64,000 nt of DNA from Candidatus Eiseniibacteriota bacterium (GTDB lineage: Bacteria > Eisenbacteria > RBG-16-71-46): positions 960,001 through 1,024,000 of the forward strand of contig OY970178.1 in the NCBI GenBank assembly GCA_963707915.1, read 5' to 3'. Numbering within the stretch: position 1 is the stretch's first letter; each line of letters starts with the position of its first letter. Shown here one piece after another: positions 31,158 through 41,568 of the stretch. Made by a program: the position numbers and the translations under genes. The notes beneath the pieces were generated by a model that saw only the letters and a list, made by a program, of their open reading frames with translations, was not told where the DNA came from and ran no database searches.

Positions 31158-31514
31158 TCAGGGCGTGAAGCGCTGCTTCTCCAGCAGCACCGCCGCGCTC
31201 TTCGTGCCCAGGGTGAAGACCGCCTTGAAGGTGCCCTCCACCCCCACCCGGGCACCTTCACGCGGCGCCCCGCCTCCCTGGCTCATGACGCTCAACGTGC
31301 CCGTCCCGTCGTCCACCTGGTAGGCGCCGTAGCCCAGGACCCCGGCGCTGGCTCCCACCTGCCCCGCGATGCGCACGACCTGGCCGTCGAAGCGGGTGGG
31401 ATCGTCCATCAGCGTCTTGATCGGGGTCAGGCCGCTTCGGCAGCCGAGTCCCGCGAGGAGCGCCACCCCGAGGGCGGCCAGCAGCAGGAACCGGACGGAG
31501 TGACGTGGGTGCAT
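31158..31514 (-). CDS. Small lipoprotein, OB-fold-like
   Basis: Lipobox GLGC. TPIKTL..P.RFDGQVVRIAG..YQVDDGTG pattern typical of OB folds. Confidence 0.72.
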   Translation of the reverse strand: MHPRHSVRFLLLAALGVALLAGLGCRSGLTPIKTLMDDPTRFDGQVVRIAGQVGASAGVLGYGAYQVDDGTGTLSVMSQGGGAPREGARVGVEGTFKAVFTLGTKSAAVLLEKQRFTP

Positions 31515-31639
31515 GGTCTGCTCTCCTTTCGATCGGACTGCGGCCGGCGGCGCGGCCCGGGACTCAGGATCCAGCGCTCGCGAGGATACCACTTCCCCCG
31601 GGAACGGCTTCATCCGCGCGCCGGGGACGGGCCCGGACG

Positions 31640-32542
31640 TCAGGCCGGGCGGCCCAGCAGGTGCCGGAGCGCCTCCTCGAGCGCCGGGAAGCGGAACACG
31701 TGCCCCGCGGCCTGCAGCCGCGCCGGGGCGACGCGCGCGCTGGCCAGCAGCGCCCCGTCCGCCATCTCGCCGAAGAGCGCACGCAGAGCGAAGGCGGGCA
31801 GCGGGAGGAGCGCCGGGCGGGAGAGCGCCCGCCCCAGGGCGCGCGTGAAGGTGCGGTTGGTCACCGCGCCGGGAGCGACCACGTTGACCGGCCCCGCGAG
31901 ACGATCGTCCACCAGCGCACGCTCGATGACGGCGATCACGTCGTCGATGGCCACCCAGCTCCACCAGGCGCGCCCGTCCCCCAGCGGACCGCCCAGGCCG
32001 AGACGGAACGGGAGCAGCATCCGGGCGAGGGCGCCGCCGCGGGGCGCCAGGACCAGGCCGAGGCGCGGGTGCACGACCCGGATGCCGCGAGCGGCGGCGG
32101 GCACCGCGGCCGCCTCCCACGCGCGGCAGACCTCCGGCAGGAACCCCGTGCCCGCCGGGCTCGACTCGTCGAGCGGCTCGTCGCCGCGGTCGCCGTAGTA
32201 GCCGACCGCCGAGACCGAGACCAGCACGCGCGGCGGGCGCTCGAGCGCAGCGAGGCGCCGGGCGAGCAAACCGGTCCCGGCCACGCGGCTCGCGCGGATG
32301 AGCGCCTTGCGGGCCGGCGTCCAGCGCGCCCCGATGGGCTCCCCGGCGAGGTGGACGACCGCGTCGCAGCCTTCGATCCCGCGCGCGTCGAGCCGGCCGC
32401 CCGCCGGGTCCCACTCGACCTCGCCAGGCCCGGTGGCGTGCCGGGTGAGCACGACGGCCTCGTGGCCGGCCGCGCGCAGCCCGGGCAGCAGCGCGCGACC
32501 GACCAGGCCGCGCGCCCCGCTCACCAGCACGCGCAGGGGCAT
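31640..32542 (-). CDS. TIGR01777/YfcH-family NAD-dependent epimerase
   Basis: SGARGLVG, HLAGEPI..RWT, SAVGYYG, EVCRAWE, GLGGPLGDG. Confidence 0.9.
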   Translation of the reverse strand: MPLRVLVSGARGLVGRALLPGLRAAGHEAVVLTRHATGPGEVEWDPAGGRLDARGIEGCDAVVHLAGEPIGARWTPARKALIRASRVAGTGLLARRLAALERPPRVLVSVSAVGYYGDRGDEPLDESSPAGTGFLPEVCRAWEAAAVPAAARGIRVVHPRLGLVLAPRGGALARMLLPFRLGLGGPLGDGRAWWSWVAIDDVIAVIERALVDDRLAGPVNVVAPGAVTNRTFTRALGRALSRPALLPLPAFALRALFGEMADGALLASARVAPARLQAAGHVFRFPALEEALRHLLGRPA

Positions 32543-32608
32543 CAGGAGTCCCCGGCGGCGGGGCGCCGACCCCGGTCCACCCGCGACGCGCCCGTCATGC
32601 CGGCGGCC

Positions 32609-33373
32609 CTACGCCGACCGCTTCCCCATCGAGTCCATGAAGACCTTGAGGAAGTCCACCGGCACCGGGAAGATCGTGGTCGAGTTGTTCTCGGTGGCGA
32701 TCTGCGCCAGCGTCTGCAGGTAGCGCAGCTGCAGCGCCGTCGGCTCCTTCGCCATGACGGACGCGGCCTCGGTCAGCCGCGCGGCGGCCTGGTACTCGCC
32801 CTCGGCATTGATGACCTTGGCGCGGCGCTCGCGCTCGGCCTCGGCCTGCTTGGCGATGGCACGCTGCATCTCCTGCGGCAGGTCCACGTTCTTGACCTCG
32901 ACGGTGGTGACTTTCACGCCCCACGGCTCGGTCTGCCGGTCGATCACCTGCTGCAGCGCGGTGTTCAGCTTCTCGCGCTCGGCCAGCAACTCGTCCAACT
33001 CGGCCTGGCCGAGGATCGAGCGCAGCGTGGTCTGGGCGATCTGCGAGGTGGCGTACAGGTAGTTCTCGACCTGCACCACCGCCTGCTTCGGGTCGATGAC
33101 GCGGAAGTAGACCACCGCGTTCACCTTCACCGTGACGTTGTCCTTGGTGATGATGTCCTGCGACGGGACGTCCATCGTGACCGTGCGCAGGCCGACCCGG
33201 ACGGGACGGTCGATGATCGGGATGAGCAGCACCAGCCCGGGGCCGCGTTCGCCGACCAGCCGCCCCAGGCGGAAGACCACCAGCCGCTCGTACTCGCGCA
33301 CGACGCGGATCGCGTTCGCCAGGACGATGATCCCGAGGAACAGCAGGAACAGCAGGAAAGGTCCGAGAATCAT
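32609..33373 (-). CDS. SPFH/stomatin-like (slipin) protein
   Basis: [48 protein letters not shown]. Confidence 0.95.
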   Translation of the reverse strand: MILGPFLLFLLFLGIIVLANAIRVVREYERLVVFRLGRLVGERGPGLVLLIPIIDRPVRVGLRTVTMDVPSQDIITKDNVTVKVNAVVYFRVIDPKQAVVQVENYLYATSQIAQTTLRSILGQAELDELLAEREKLNTALQQVIDRQTEPWGVKVTTVEVKNVDLPQEMQRAIAKQAEAERERRAKVINAEGEYQAAARLTEAASVMAKEPTALQLRYLQTLAQIATENNSTTIFPVPVDFLKVFMDSMGKRSA

Positions 33374-33375
33374 GT

Positions 33376-34779
33376 TCAGCCCTCCTTGGAGGGGCGCACG
33401 CGGAGCGTGAGCCCCTCGACGCCCGTGATGACCACTTCCGAACCCGCCTCCACGTCCGACTCGCTGGTCGCGCTCCACAACTCGCCGCCGATGCGCACCT
33501 GCCCCGTGGGCGCCAGGCGTCCCACGGCGAAGGCCCGCGTGCCCAGCAGCCCCCGGCTGCCCGTCGTCACCCGGAGCCCCTGCGCGCGCAGCCCCTTGCC
33601 CACGATGAACAGGAAGAAGAGCGTGGTCGCCGCCGTGGTGCCGGCGACGATCGACCACGAGAGCCGCGTGCTGCTGCCGTGGAACAGGATCATCGAGCCC
33701 AGCAGCAGCGAGATGACCCCGCCGGTGGCCAGCATCCCGTGGCTCGCCACCTTCACCTCGGCCAGGAAGAAGACGATCGCCAGGATGATGAGCGCCACGC
33801 CGGCGTAGTTGACCGGCAGGGTGGAGAGCGCCAGGAAGGCGAGGATCAGGCAGATGCCGCCCACGATGCCCGGCAGGATGGCGCCCGGGTTCTGCAGCTC
33901 GAAGAGCAGCCCGTAGAAGCCGAGCATCATCAGGATGTAGGCGACGTTCGGGTCCACCAGCACGCCGAGCAGCTTGTGCCGCAACCCCGGCTGGATCGGG
34001 TCGCGCGGCAGGCCGGCGAGGTGGAGCGTGGTCTCGACGCCGGGCCGCGAGACGGCGATGCCGTCGGCCTGCTCCAGCAGGTCGTCGAGCGAGTTGGCGA
34101 CGAAGTCCACGACGCCCAGCTCCACCGCCTCGTCCTCGCTCGCGGCCACCGCCCGGCGCACGGCGTCCTCCGCCCACTCCGCGTTGCGGCCGCGCTGCCG
34201 GGCGATGGTGCGGGCGAAGGCGGCCGCGTCGCTGGTGGCCTTGCGCGCCAGCGTCGAGTCCATGCCGCCCTGGAGGTTCACCGGCGTGGCCGCACCGATG
34301 TTCGTGCCCGGCGCCATCCCCGCCACGTCGGCTGCCATGACGATGAACACGCCGGCCGAGGCCGCGCGCGCGCCCGACGGCGAGACGTAGGCGACGGTCG
34401 GCACCTCCGCGACGAGCATCCTCTTGACCATGGCGCGCATGCTCGACTCGAGCCCTCCGGGAGTGTCGAGCTCGATCACCAGCGCCCGGTAGCCCTCGCG
34501 CTCGGCGCGGTCCAGCGCGGCGCCCAGCGCCTCGGCCGAGACCGGCGAGATCGGGCCCTCGATCCGCAGGACCAGGACGCGGCCCGCCTTCGCACCGTCC
34601 GCCCCGGCGGATCCGCGCTTCGCAGCGTCCGCGCGCATCGCGGTCGTGAACGACAGCCCCAGCGCCGCCACCAGCACGGCCAGGACGCCGGTCAGGCCGA
34701 GCACCGCCCTCGCCAGCGGGGCACGGCGCCGGTGCCGCCCGCGCAGCGGGTGGCGCGCGCCCGGGATCACGCTCCTCAT
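33376..34779 (-). CDS. nfeD: NfeD membrane-bound serine protease
   Basis: [26 protein letters not shown]. Adjacent to the slipin gene. Confidence 0.92.
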   Translation of the reverse strand: MRSVIPGARHPLRGRHRRRAPLARAVLGLTGVLAVLVAALGLSFTTAMRADAAKRGSAGADGAKAGRVLVLRIEGPISPVSAEALGAALDRAEREGYRALVIELDTPGGLESSMRAMVKRMLVAEVPTVAYVSPSGARAASAGVFIVMAADVAGMAPGTNIGAATPVNLQGGMDSTLARKATSDAAAFARTIARQRGRNAEWAEDAVRRAVAASEDEAVELGVVDFVANSLDDLLEQADGIAVSRPGVETTLHLAGLPRDPIQPGLRHKLLGVLVDPNVAYILMMLGFYGLLFELQNPGAILPGIVGGICLILAFLALSTLPVNYAGVALIILAIVFFLAEVKVASHGMLATGGVISLLLGSMILFHGSSTRLSWSIVAGTTAATTLFFLFIVGKGLRAQGLRVTTGSRGLLGTRAFAVGRLAPTGQVRIGGELWSATSESDVEAGSEVVITGVEGLTLRVRPSKEG

Positions 34780-35996
34780 GACGCCTCCTTCCCGGCCCGC
34801 CGCGCCAGCGCGGCGCGCCACGCCTCGGGATACTTGAGACCGCTGCCGGTGTCGTAGATCACGACGCGCTCCCGCGGTCCCACCTCGCCGCTCTCCCGCA
34901 TCCGCCGCAGCGCGGCGAACGTGGCGCCCCCCTCCGGACAGGCGAAGGCTCCCTCGTGCGCGGCCAGGTCGAACATGCCGTCCAGCATCTCCTCCTCGCC
35001 CACCGCCACCGCCGCGCCGCCGGTCTCGCGCAGCGCCCGCAGGATGAGCCGGTCGGCGAAGGGCGCCGGGACCCGAAGGCCGCTCGCCACCGTCTGCGCG
35101 TCGGCCCACGGCTCGGCGCGGTCCGCCCCCTGCTCGAACGCGCGCACCACGGGCGCGCAGCCCCGGGTCTGCACCGCCACGAGCCGCGGCGGCGGGCCGC
35201 TGGTCCAGCCCAGCTCGCACAGTTCGAGGAAGGCCCGCCACATGCCCACCAGCCCCGTGCCCCCGCCGGTAGGATAGAGAATCACGTCCGGCAGGCGCCA
35301 GCCCGACTGCTCGGCGATCTCGTAGCCCAGCGTCTTCTTGCCCTCCAGCCGGAACGGCTCCTTGAACGTGGCGACGTTCCACCAACCGGGCGCCGGCGCC
35401 CACGACGCCAGCGCCTTCCCCGCGTCCGAGATGGTGCCCGGCACCAGCCTCACCTCGGCGCCGAAGGCCCGCTGCTCCAGCACGAACGCCTCGGGCGTGT
35501 CCGACGGCACGGCGATGCGGCAGCGCAGGCCCGCGGCCGCCGCGTAGGCCGCCGCCGCGCTGCCGGCGTTGCCCGCCGAGGGCAGCGCGATGGCGTCCAG
35601 GCCGAAGGCGACCGCGCCGTTCACCGCCAGCGCCAGCCCGCGCGCCTTGAACGACTGGGTCGGGTTCGGCGACTCCTCCTTCATCCACAGCTGCTCGAGG
35701 CCGAGCTCCTTCGCGAGGCGCGGCAGCGGAAGCAGTGGCGTGCCGCCCTCCCCCAGGCGCACGACGGGGTGGTCCGCGGCGAACGGCAGCACCGCGCGGA
35801 AGCGCCACAGGTCCGTGCCAAAGCGGGCGAGCGAGCCGCGCGGGACCTCGCGGCGGACGCGCGCCAGGTCGTAGCGCGCGACCAGCGGCTGACCGCAGGC
35901 TCCGCAGACGGTGCGCGGCTCGGACAGGTCGCACGAGCCGCCGCAGGCGGGACAATCGAGGGCCTGCAGGCACGGATTGAAGACCAGGGGGGCCAT
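34776..35996 (-). CDS. thrC: Threonine synthase
   Basis: N-terminal CxxC pairs, [37 protein letters not shown]. Confidence 0.88.
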   Translation of the reverse strand: MAPLVFNPCLQALDCPACGGSCDLSEPRTVCGACGQPLVARYDLARVRREVPRGSLARFGTDLWRFRAVLPFAADHPVVRLGEGGTPLLPLPRLAKELGLEQLWMKEESPNPTQSFKARGLALAVNGAVAFGLDAIALPSAGNAGSAAAAYAAAAGLRCRIAVPSDTPEAFVLEQRAFGAEVRLVPGTISDAGKALASWAPAPGWWNVATFKEPFRLEGKKTLGYEIAEQSGWRLPDVILYPTGGGTGLVGMWRAFLELCELGWTSGPPPRLVAVQTRGCAPVVRAFEQGADRAEPWADAQTVASGLRVPAPFADRLILRALRETGGAAVAVGEEEMLDGMFDLAAHEGAFACPEGGATFAALRRMRESGEVGPRERVVIYDTGSGLKYPEAWRAALARRAGKEAS

Positions 35997-36072
35997 GGGT
36001 GCCCGAATCAAGCGCCCTTTCGCGGGCGGCGTCAAGCCGGACGACGCCGCGGCCGGCCGCCGCGGCGCGCGG

Positions 36073-37029
36073 TCACTGGCGGCCGCGCCGGCTCCGCGTC
36101 TCGCCCTGCCGCTCCTCGGTCTCCAGCTCCTCGCGCAGGCGGAGGAACGACTCGAAGCGAAGGCGCGAGACGTGCCCCGCCTCCACCGCCGCGCGCAGCG
36201 CGCAGCCGGGCTCCTTCGCGTGCCGGCAGTCGCCGAAGCGGCACTGGCCGAGGAAGCGGCGGAACTCGACGTAGGCCTGCTCGAGGTCGCGCGAGCCGAC
36301 GCCCCACAGCCCGAAGGCACGCACGCCCGGCGTGTCGATCAACTCGAGGCCGGGGGCCGGCCGGACCAGCACCGCCGCGGTGGTGGTGTGGCGCCCCTTG
36401 CCGGTCTTCTCGTTGACCAGTCCCACGAGCAGGTCCAGCGCCGGGACCAGGGCGTTGAGCAGCGTGCTCTTCCCCACCCCCGAGTGCCCGACGAACAACG
36501 AGCGCCGCCCGTGCAGCGCGTGGCGCAGGGCGTCCACGCCCTCGCCGCGCGGCGCGCACACCGCGTGGCAGGGCACGCCGGCCCGCTCGTACTCGCCCAG
36601 CAGGGCGCGCGCGGTGTCCGCGGAGCCCAGGTCGGTCTTGTTGAGCACCAGCCGGGCGGGGATGCCGGCGTGCTCGGCCTGCGCGAGCACGCGGTCGGCG
36701 AACCCGGGCGTGAAGTCGGGTTGCGCCAGCGAGGCGACCAGCACGACCTGGTCGAGGTTCGCGGCCACCACCTGCTCGATCGCCTGCTCCCCCGCGGCGC
36801 GGCGCGAGAACACGTTCCGCCGCGGCTGGACCTGGTCCACCACGGCACGGTCGATGCCCTCCTCGAGCCGGACCAGGTCGCCCACCACCACGGCGTTGCC
36901 GAGCGCCTTGCGACGCCCCATGACCCGGCCGCGCACACCGGCCGGGAAGAGCGTGCCGTCCTCCGCGAACAGCACGCAGGCCCCGAAGTCCACGCGCGCG
37001 ACCAGCGCCCAGCCCGGCGCAGGGATCAA
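36073..37029 (-). CDS. rsgA: Ribosome small subunit-dependent GTPase A
   Basis: NKTD, GHSGVGKST, GRHTTT, DTPG, CRFGDCRH..EPGC. TTG start inferred from overlap with the upstream stop. Confidence 0.92.
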   Translation of the reverse strand: MIPAPGWALVARVDFGACVLFAEDGTLFPAGVRGRVMGRRKALGNAVVVGDLVRLEEGIDRAVVDQVQPRRNVFSRRAAGEQAIEQVVAANLDQVVLVASLAQPDFTPGFADRVLAQAEHAGIPARLVLNKTDLGSADTARALLGEYERAGVPCHAVCAPRGEGVDALRHALHGRRSLFVGHSGVGKSTLLNALVPALDLLVGLVNEKTGKGRHTTTAAVLVRPAPGLELIDTPGVRAFGLWGVGSRDLEQAYVEFRRFLGQCRFGDCRHAKEPGCALRAAVEAGHVSRLRFESFLRLREELETEERQGETRSRRGRQ

Positions 37030-38462
37030 CCCCAGCCCCCCGAACCGTTCACTGGCAGCGTGATGGTGAAGCAGGCCCCGTGGCCCTGCGGGCTCTCGGC
37101 GGTGATGCGGCCGCCGTGATTGGTGATGATGCGGTACGAGGTCGAGAGCCCGAAACCGTGCCCCTCGGGCTTGGTCGTGAAGTACGGCTCGAAGATGCGG
37201 GTGAGATTCGAGGCCGCGATGCCGGCGCCGGTGTCGGTGACCACGATCCGCACCAGCCGTCCGCGGTCGTCGGTCGAGCTGGTCACCCCGATGACCTTGC
37301 GCACCGAGGGCCGGTCCTTCATCGCGTCGGCGGCATTCACGAACAGGTTCAGCAGCACCTGCTGCAGCTGCCCCGGGTCCCCGCGCAGCGCCGGCACCTG
37401 CTCGGCCAGGCGCAGGTCCCACTCGACGCCGTCGAAGCGGTTCTGGGTGCGGACGAACTCGATCGAGCGCTGGACCAGCGCGTTCAGGTCCACGCGCTCC
37501 ACGACCAGCTCGGCCCGCGAGAAGTCCATCAGCCCCTTGGCGATGACCTCCATGCGCCGCGACTGCTCGATGATGATGCGCCCGCGGCGCTCGACGTGCT
37601 CGAAGACCTTGCGATCGGCGTCCTTGAGCAGCATCTGGGCGTGTCCGCTGATGGCGGCGAGCTGGGTGCGCAGCTCGTGGCCGATCTCGGCCGCCATCTC
37701 GCCCTTCGCCGCCAGGCGCTCGGTGTGGACGATCTGGCGCTGCGCCTTCTGGAGCTCGACGTAGCGCCGCCCCGACTCGTAGATCATGAAGAGCGGCGCG
37801 TAGAACAGCGCGACCCCGAGGTAGCCGATGGCGCCGTAGGAGATCACCATCAGGGGCGCGAGCAGGAACGCGGCGCCGTCCTCGAGCAGCCGCTCGGCGT
37901 AGAACCAGTCCTCGCGCAGCACCCGCACGTAGGGCCGGTCGGTGGACCAGGCCACCGCCACCGCCACCAGCGCGCGGTTCACCAGCAGGAAGCCGCGAAC
38001 AGGCCGAGCGTCGCCGGCGATCAGCCGCACCGCGATCGACTGGCCGGTCTGCACGTCCTCCGGCGGCATCGCGTGCAGACCGGTGGCCGGCCCCCCCAGC
38101 AGGGTGAAGATCCAGCCCGCCACCCAGAGCGTGATCGCCATCTGTCCGCCGTTGAACCAGGCGCGCGTCCACGGCTTGCGCAGCACCAGGAACTCCGCCA
38201 GCACCGTGCCGAGCGCCGCGATCCAGATGGCGGGATCGGGGCCCCAGAGCATGCAGGCGGCGAGCGTGGCGGTCGAGGACAGGCTCCAGGTGCCCTCCCC
38301 CGAGATGGTGCTCAGCCACATGCTCTCCGAGACCACGAAGATCACCAGCCAGGCCAGGTAGTGGCCCCACTGCGCCTCGAGCCCGCGCGGCAGGTGGAAG
38401 CCGAGCAGCAGCGCGGCCACCAGGCCGACCGAGACGACGTAGACCGCGAGCCTGCGGCTCAT
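37026..38462 (-). CDS. Membrane sensor histidine kinase
   Basis: Multi-TM N-terminus, EIGHELR H-box, QVLLNLFVNA, DTGAGI, GHGFGL. Confidence 0.9.
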   Translation of the reverse strand: MSRRLAVYVVSVGLVAALLLGFHLPRGLEAQWGHYLAWLVIFVVSESMWLSTISGEGTWSLSSTATLAACMLWGPDPAIWIAALGTVLAEFLVLRKPWTRAWFNGGQMAITLWVAGWIFTLLGGPATGLHAMPPEDVQTGQSIAVRLIAGDARPVRGFLLVNRALVAVAVAWSTDRPYVRVLREDWFYAERLLEDGAAFLLAPLMVISYGAIGYLGVALFYAPLFMIYESGRRYVELQKAQRQIVHTERLAAKGEMAAEIGHELRTQLAAISGHAQMLLKDADRKVFEHVERRGRIIIEQSRRMEVIAKGLMDFSRAELVVERVDLNALVQRSIEFVRTQNRFDGVEWDLRLAEQVPALRGDPGQLQQVLLNLFVNAADAMKDRPSVRKVIGVTSSTDDRGRLVRIVVTDTGAGIAASNLTRIFEPYFTTKPEGHGFGLSTSYRIITNHGGRITAESPQGHGACFTITLPVNGSGGWG

Positions 38463-39493
38463 CGCGCCCCGCCCGGCCGCGAGGCCGGCGCGACGCCGAG
38501 TCCGGGCCGCTCCGAGAGCGCGATCACGCCGCGCTCGCGCGGCGCGCCGTCGAAGGGATCGTCGGCCAGCAGCCAGTGGCCGTCCAGGTCGAGGTAGTCG
38601 GCCAGCGGGGCGAGCTGCGCCGCGGCCGAGAGGGCGAGGCTCGACTCGACCATCGAGCCCAGCATGACCTTGAGCCCCAGCGCGCGGGCCGCGTGGATCA
38701 TGCGCAGCATCTCGCGCAGGCCGCCGGTCTTCATGAGCTTGAGGTTCACGCCGTCCACGCACCCGGCCAGCGCGCCCAGATCCCGCAGGTGGTGCGCGCT
38801 CTCGTCGGCGAACACCGGGATCCCGCTGCGCTCGCGCACCCAGCGCAGCCCCGCGAAGTCCCCGCGCGGCACCGGCTGCTCGACCAACTCGACGCCGAGC
38901 GGCTCGATCTCGCGCAGCACGCGCACCGCGTCGGCGGGGCTCCAGGCCGTGTTGGCGTCCACCTGGAGCCTGCCCGGGTAGTGGCGCCGGATGCGGCGCA
39001 GGTTCTCGACGTCGCCGGGCGCGCCCAGCTTCACCTTGACCAGCGGGAAATCGAGCACGGCCTCCAGCTTCTCGTCCATCTCGGCGGGCGGGGCCAGGCC
39101 CAGCGTCACGCAGGAGCGCGGCGCGGCGGCCGCGTCGAGCCCCAGCAGCCGCCAGACCGGCAGCCCCAGCCGGCGGCCGACCCAGTCGTGCAGCGCCATG
39201 TCGAGCGCCGCGCGGGCCGCCCACTGTCCCTGGAGCACCGAGTCGAGCCGGGCCCCGAGCGCCTCGAACGCGAACGGGTCCTCGCCGAGGTGGGGCGCCC
39301 ACGCCTCCAGCGCGGCGACGGCCAGCACCCGGCTCTCGCCGTAGTAGGCGGCGGGCGCCGCCTCGCCGAGGCCCTCGATCCCGTCGTGCTCGATCCGCAC
39401 CAGCAGGTTCTCGTGGCCCCTGCGCGCCCCCGTCGACGAGATGCGGAAGTCGTGGGTGGTCCGCAGGTCGAGGGCCTCATGCCGCAGGCGCAT
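38459..39493 (-). CDS. L-Ala-D/L-Glu dipeptide epimerase (enolase superfamily)
   Basis: GLGEAAP, KVKLG, VDAN, EQP, ADES, NLKLMKTGG, DLDG. Confidence 0.9.
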   Translation of the reverse strand: MRLRHEALDLRTTHDFRISSTGARRGHENLLVRIEHDGIEGLGEAAPAAYYGESRVLAVAALEAWAPHLGEDPFAFEALGARLDSVLQGQWAARAALDMALHDWVGRRLGLPVWRLLGLDAAAAPRSCVTLGLAPPAEMDEKLEAVLDFPLVKVKLGAPGDVENLRRIRRHYPGRLQVDANTAWSPADAVRVLREIEPLGVELVEQPVPRGDFAGLRWVRERSGIPVFADESAHHLRDLGALAGCVDGVNLKLMKTGGLREMLRMIHAARALGLKVMLGSMVESSLALSAAAQLAPLADYLDLDGHWLLADDPFDGAPRERGVIALSERPGLGVAPASRPGGAR

Positions 39494-39587
39494 GGTCCCT
39501 CCGGGCGGTCGCGCGCGGGGCCGCGCCGCGGGGCATGGAGCGGCCTTCGGCGAAGGGCACGGGACCACGCGGCCGTCCGCTCATCGC

Positions 39588-40802
39588 TCAGCGCAGCGAG
39601 TCGTAGACCTGGATGTAGCGGTCCACCATGTCGTCCACGTTGAAGCGCTCGCGCGCGGTCCGCCGGGCGCGCCGGCCCATGGCGCGGCGCAGCTTCTCGT
39701 GCTTGAGCAGCTCGAGCACGGAACCGACGTACCCCTGGATGTCCGCAACCTCATGCAGGAACCCCGTCACGCCGTCCTCCACGACCTCGGGCAGGCCCCC
39801 GACGTTCGACGCCACGACCGGGACCTCGGCGCTCATGGCCTCGAGGGCCACCAGGCCGAAGCTCTCGGACGAGCTAGGCAATAGGAATACATCGGCAAGC
39901 GGGAGCAGTTCTTCCATGCAATCCTGATTCCCCAGGAATAGCACGTCCCGTTCCACTCCCAGCTTGCGGGCCAGTTGCTCGGCGGCCGGCTTCTCCGGGC
40001 CGTCCCCGATCATCACGAGCTTGGCCGCGAGGTGCTTGCGGACCTCGGCGAACACCTGAACCACGACCGGGATGTTCTTGACCTGTCGGAAGTTGGAAGC
40101 GTGCATCAGGACGCGGGTCTCGGGCGGCGCCAGCCTCACCCCGGAGGCGGAGCGCGGGACGAAGACCTCGGGGTCCACGAAGTTGTAGACCACCTCGATG
40201 GGCTTGGTGATGCCGAGGTTCTTCCGCGCGCTGTCGGCCAGGAAGCGGCTGACCGCCGTCACCCGGTCGCTCGACTGGATGCTGAACTGGGTGACGCGGA
40301 AGTAGGCCGGATCGACGCCGAGCACGCTGATGTCCGTGCCGTGCAGCGTGGTCACCACGTCCAGGCGACGCGGCTGCACCAGCTGGCGCGCGAGGTACGC
40401 GCTGGCCGCGAACGGCATGGCGTAGTGCACGTGCAGGAGGTCGAGCCCGTGGTTCTCCACCACCTCCACCATCTTGGTCGCGAGCGCCAGGTTGTTGGGC
40501 GGCTGCTCGAAGACCGGGTACGTGACCGGCGTGACCTCGTGGAAGAAGATGCTGGACTCGAAGCGCCGCAGCCGGAACGGCAGCCGGTGGGCGATGAAGT
40601 GCACGTCCCAGCCGCGGCGCGCGAGCCCCAGCCCCAGCTCGGTGGCGACCACGCCGCTGCCCCCGAAATGCGAATAACAGGTGATGCCGATCTTCCGCCG
40701 CGCCTGCGTGCGCGTCGCCTGCGGCGTCGCCGCCCGCTTCGCCGCCCGCACCTTCGTGGCCCGGCCCCGCGCATCGGGGCCCCGCCGCTTCACCGCGCTC
40801 AT
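39588..40802 (-). CDS. bshA: N-acetyl-alpha-D-glucosaminyl L-malate synthase
   Basis: [50 protein letters not shown]. Confidence 0.93.
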   Translation of the reverse strand: MSAVKRRGPDARGRATKVRAAKRAATPQATRTQARRKIGITCYSHFGGSGVVATELGLGLARRGWDVHFIAHRLPFRLRRFESSIFFHEVTPVTYPVFEQPPNNLALATKMVEVVENHGLDLLHVHYAMPFAASAYLARQLVQPRRLDVVTTLHGTDISVLGVDPAYFRVTQFSIQSSDRVTAVSRFLADSARKNLGITKPIEVVYNFVDPEVFVPRSASGVRLAPPETRVLMHASNFRQVKNIPVVVQVFAEVRKHLAAKLVMIGDGPEKPAAEQLARKLGVERDVLFLGNQDCMEELLPLADVFLLPSSSESFGLVALEAMSAEVPVVASNVGGLPEVVEDGVTGFLHEVADIQGYVGSVLELLKHEKLRRAMGRRARRTARERFNVDDMVDRYIQVYDSLR

Positions 40803-41566
40803 CGCACGCCTCCTTCGAGTCCCACCGGCAACAGCGCGCGCGCGTCCGTGACCGGCACGGGACCGCGCACGCGGTAGCCCTCGCCGTAGCGGGCGCCGAT
40901 CAGGGCGCCCAGCGCGCGGCCGCGCGCTTCGATCTCTTCGACGAAACCCGGCGCGGTGAGGTAGGTCGCCGGCCCGCGCGCCGGGTCGAGCTGGCTGCGG
41001 TGCGCGCGCACCGCCCGCATCCGGGCCTCCCACGCAGGCCCCACGTCCACCACCAGGTGCGGCCGCGCCGCGCTGCGGTAGAGCGCGAAGAGCAGGCGCT
41101 CGGGCCGGTGACGCGGCGGACCCGCGGCGGCGACCCCGCCGGGTACCTCGCCGGCCGGCCGTGGGCCCGCGTCGAAGCGCGCGAGGCCTGCGAGGTAACA
41201 GGCGCGCTCGACCAGGCGCGAGGCCTCGACGTGGTCGGGGTGCGCGTCGTCCGCGTCGGGCGCCACCACCAGCCGCGGCCGGTGCTCGCGCAGGCAGGCG
41301 ACGACCGCCGCCTGCTGGGGGTGCGCGTGGCGGTCGATGCCGAGGTCCGGCAGCCCCAGGTTCCCCCGCCAGGCCACGCCCAGCTCGTGCGCCGCGGCCG
41401 CGGCCTCGACGGCCCGCTCCTCCACGTCGCCGCGCGTGCCCTTCTCGCCGCGCGTCAGGTCCGCGATGCCGACGGCGTGACCGTGGGCGGCGAGCAGCGC
41501 CGCGAGGCCGCCGCAGGAGAGTTCCACGTCGTCGGGATGAGCGCCGAAGAAGAGGGCATCCAGCAT
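40799..41566 (-). CDS. bshB1: Bacillithiol biosynthesis deacetylase
   Basis: GAHPDDVELSCGG, DLTRGEKGTRG, HPDH, AHRSQ. Lies between bshC and bshA. Confidence 0.9.
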   Translation of the reverse strand: MLDALFFGAHPDDVELSCGGLAALLAAHGHAVGIADLTRGEKGTRGDVEERAVEAAAAAHELGVAWRGNLGLPDLGIDRHAHPQQAAVVACLREHRPRLVVAPDADDAHPDHVEASRLVERACYLAGLARFDAGPRPAGEVPGGVAAAGPPRHRPERLLFALYRSAARPHLVVDVGPAWEARMRAVRAHRSQLDPARGPATYLTAPGFVEEIEARGRALGALIGARYGEGYRVRGPVPVTDARALLPVGLEGGVR

Positions 41567-41568
41567 GG

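Noticed and set aside
37990..38022. Polar stretch GDARPVR within a TM region of the histidine kinase; a shifted frame reads ATLGLF
   Set aside because: May be a compensating pair of indels or sequencing errors. The frame is preserved and it cannot be resolved without reads or orthologs.
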